From NCBI RefSeq assembly GCF_964213995.1, contig NC_135804.1:111104001-111168000 (forward strand): 64,000 bases of DNA, written 5' to 3'. This DNA comes from Mustelus asterias (lineage: Eukaryota). The notes beneath the pieces are model-generated. The model was not told the origin of the DNA and searched no databases. It saw only the letters and a list, made by a program, of their open reading frames with translations. A program made the position numbers and the translations under genes. Of this stretch, positions 61,597 to 64,000 are shown piece after piece. Position 1 is the stretch's first letter; the number at the start of each line of letters is the position of its first letter.

Positions 61597-64000
61597 GTAT
61601 TTGGATGAACTGTTAAAGTAAAAAGAAAGTTGGGACCTACGCACATAGGCCACAGAGTAGTAACTTTATTTTATGTATAACAATAAAGACCATCCCTTTA
61701 TAGTCAGGCTTCCTGAGTTATTGTAGTGTCTAACTAATAACACAAAGTGTCGTAAGCCAAACATGTAGGTGCCCAACAACATGGAGAGTCATCCCACCAG
61801 AACTCAGGAGTAAGCACTGGGGAGGAATCAGAGAAGTCTATCCAGGGAATACTCCCGGGTTCTAATGGCCACTACTGGGCTCACAAGGCAAAGATGTTTG
61901 TGCACAATGACATTGCTTAAGTTGTATGGGAAATTAATATCTATGTGCAGAACTGTAATAACATGTTCAGTGTTGCAGTTAAGGAGCGTGATCACTATTG
62001 CAGTGATCTCGTGAAAATATGGGTGTTAGAGAGTCTAACGCAGGATTGCAATGACACAGGGGTAATGTAGAGCTAAGAATGTTTGATGCAGGATTACAGT
62101 AATAATTGTGTTGGTTTGGGAGCTTAGTGCAGCATTAGATTGATGCACTAACCTTTGGGCTATAGGGAGCTTGGTATAGGTTTGACCCCATGGGGTTTAG
62201 TGAATGCAAAATTGCAGTGAATCAGTGGCACCAAGGGAGTTAGTGAACTCAATGCAGGATTGCGGGAGCTGAATAAATCCCGTTCATTATCAGATCATCT
62301 TAAATGTTCTTAAAGTTGAGTTCTAGCGTCGAACTGTTTGCTGTCCTGTTCTTTGTTTTCATATTTTATGTAGCACTTGCTATTGACTTATTTTTGGCTT
62401 GGTTGAAAGCTCCTCAGCTGATAGCAAATGTTTTATAAACCTACATCTATGAATATTCTGCGAAGATCTGTGTCGTCATGACTTCTCAGCACCCTTAAAT
62501 TTAAGTAGATAATACTAAGTGATGCAAATATATACACTGTCTTCACAGTGTATATTTCTGCTATTCTGTCTTCAAATTCTGTATCTCCTTAGCTCTCTCT
62601 CTATTTAGTTTTCCACTTAATTTAAATTCTATTCATCAGATTTGTTGTCAGTATTGATCAATTATATTATACTTTAATGTATTTATACTGCAACATAATC
62701 TGATAGATTGTGTATGATAATGAGATGATTGAAGCCAATAATAATTAATGATGTGCATGGGATAGGTTGCACGTTTGGCATACTCAACAGTCTGGTGCTT
62801 GTGCCATTGATTACTATGAGAAGGAAACAAAATGATATGAATGCCAGGTTATAAAATGCAGTTAAATGCTCTCAAAGTGGTAAAAAGCAGGTATGAACCT
62901 GAACTTCGAACACTGGCACTGCCATTTGCCCAACACTCTTGTGAGATCCCCATTGACTCCTCATTCCTGATGAACATCTTTTGTCGTTTGATAATGTCAT
63001 CAGAGACCCAGTAACCAGATGTAGCTGTAGTAATTGTGGAACAGATCCTACACTAGCTACTGAGCAACTGATTAACATCTTTTTCGGGATCATCAGGTTA
63101 TGGCTTCTGCAGAGCCAGGCTGGGGTTTCAGGTAACCCTGTAATAAAAACAGAAAATACATGAGCAATGATTTTAAGAAACCAAAGCTCCATGACCAGCG
63201 GAGGCCACTGAGGTCAAAATCAGACAGATGTTGGAAGATCACTGTTAAAATAAGCCTGCAAAGCAATTCATGTGTACAACTGCACATGCACCATTTACCA
63301 GCTTACATACAGGCTGCCAAAGATGGATCTCTGAACGATGCATAAATATGCCTCCTCCATATGTCACATTTATGGATAGCCTGCAGAGTCACAGAAGAAC
63401 ACCATGCTGCCACTTTAATTGAACTGCCTGTGAGTTTGAACCTACTGATAACTAGAAGATTGAAATGCCACATTTTCTATTTTTCAATTTATTGTTTTAC
63501 TCAGCTTTCGCCTCACATTCTGTTTTAGGGAAACCTCATAAATTCTGATACGAATCAACAAAAATGTATTCATTACATTTGTGTTCTGTTTTATTTTCAG
63601 CAAATGCTGCAAAGAAGCTTTTCTAGCCAGAACGGTAATGTCGGTAATGAGCCACCGCAAATCAAAAGAATGTGAGTTACAAAACAAGATATATTTCTTA
63701 AATTGTCAGTATAAAATAGAATGAAAACAGGATGCCAGTAGTGGCAGAACCTAATCGATGCCTGACATGGATATGTTAGATAGAACAGAAAATGATCAAT
63801 TACTGGAGCAATTTTAACCCCATCAGCCTGGGCAGTTGAAATCATCGAGATGACTTAACCGCTGACATTTCACATGGATCTCACCATCTGGCATTCTGAG
63901 CAGGGTGCAAGGGTGACTGCCTGGAGAGACTCAAAAAAATGTGCAGATCAGGGTCGGATGATGTCATTGAGCCTTGACTGCAATTTGGACTGTAGCCTAA

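Larger units (their letters stand above)
53537..61723 (+). mobile_element. Decayed Ty3/Gypsy LTR retrotransposon with multiple nested insertions
   Basis: Protease MEVDTGA (~56192), RT start WAAPVV..KLDMSHAYLQ (~58020-58210), LRSLLGFINYY, RNase H CDASPYGIG / AYAS..EKE / NADALSRL and an integrase remnant. Similar LTR ends ctttattttatg..aacaataaa..ggcttcctga at ~53985-54047 and ~61665-61723. The 5' boundary is uncertain. Confidence 0.85.

Overview
Eukaryotic, repeat-rich vertebrate DNA. The HE1/V-SINE-type SINEs, CR1 LINEs and Penelope-like elements point to a cartilaginous fish (shark); this is inference. Three spliced nuclear genes were read by hand, in the same order and orientation as human Xq28. 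BRCC3 (- strand) has coding exons 1-4 here and continues off the left edge. CMC4 (+ strand) is complete at 68 aa and lies head-to-head with BRCC3 across a CpG island. FUNDC2 (- strand) is complete at 151 aa in 5 exons and lies tail-to-tail with CMC4. BRCC3 intron 2 is a U12-type AT-AC intron. No MTCP1 coding sequence (nested in CMC4 in human) and no F8 exon were recognised. The rest is mostly nested retroelements: CR1, RTE, Tx1/L1-like, Penelope-like elements with minimal hammerhead-ribozyme motifs, SINEs, solo LTRs and a decayed Gypsy. There are also several satellites. The most unusual structure is in FUNDC2 intron 1: a perfect 156-bp-arm Penelope palindrome carrying two hammerhead cores, inserted into an older ~300-bp inverted duplication. 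I found no evidence for a wholly new multi-gene system. Almost all short ORFs in the supplied track are spurious or TE-derived. TE boundaries are approximate.
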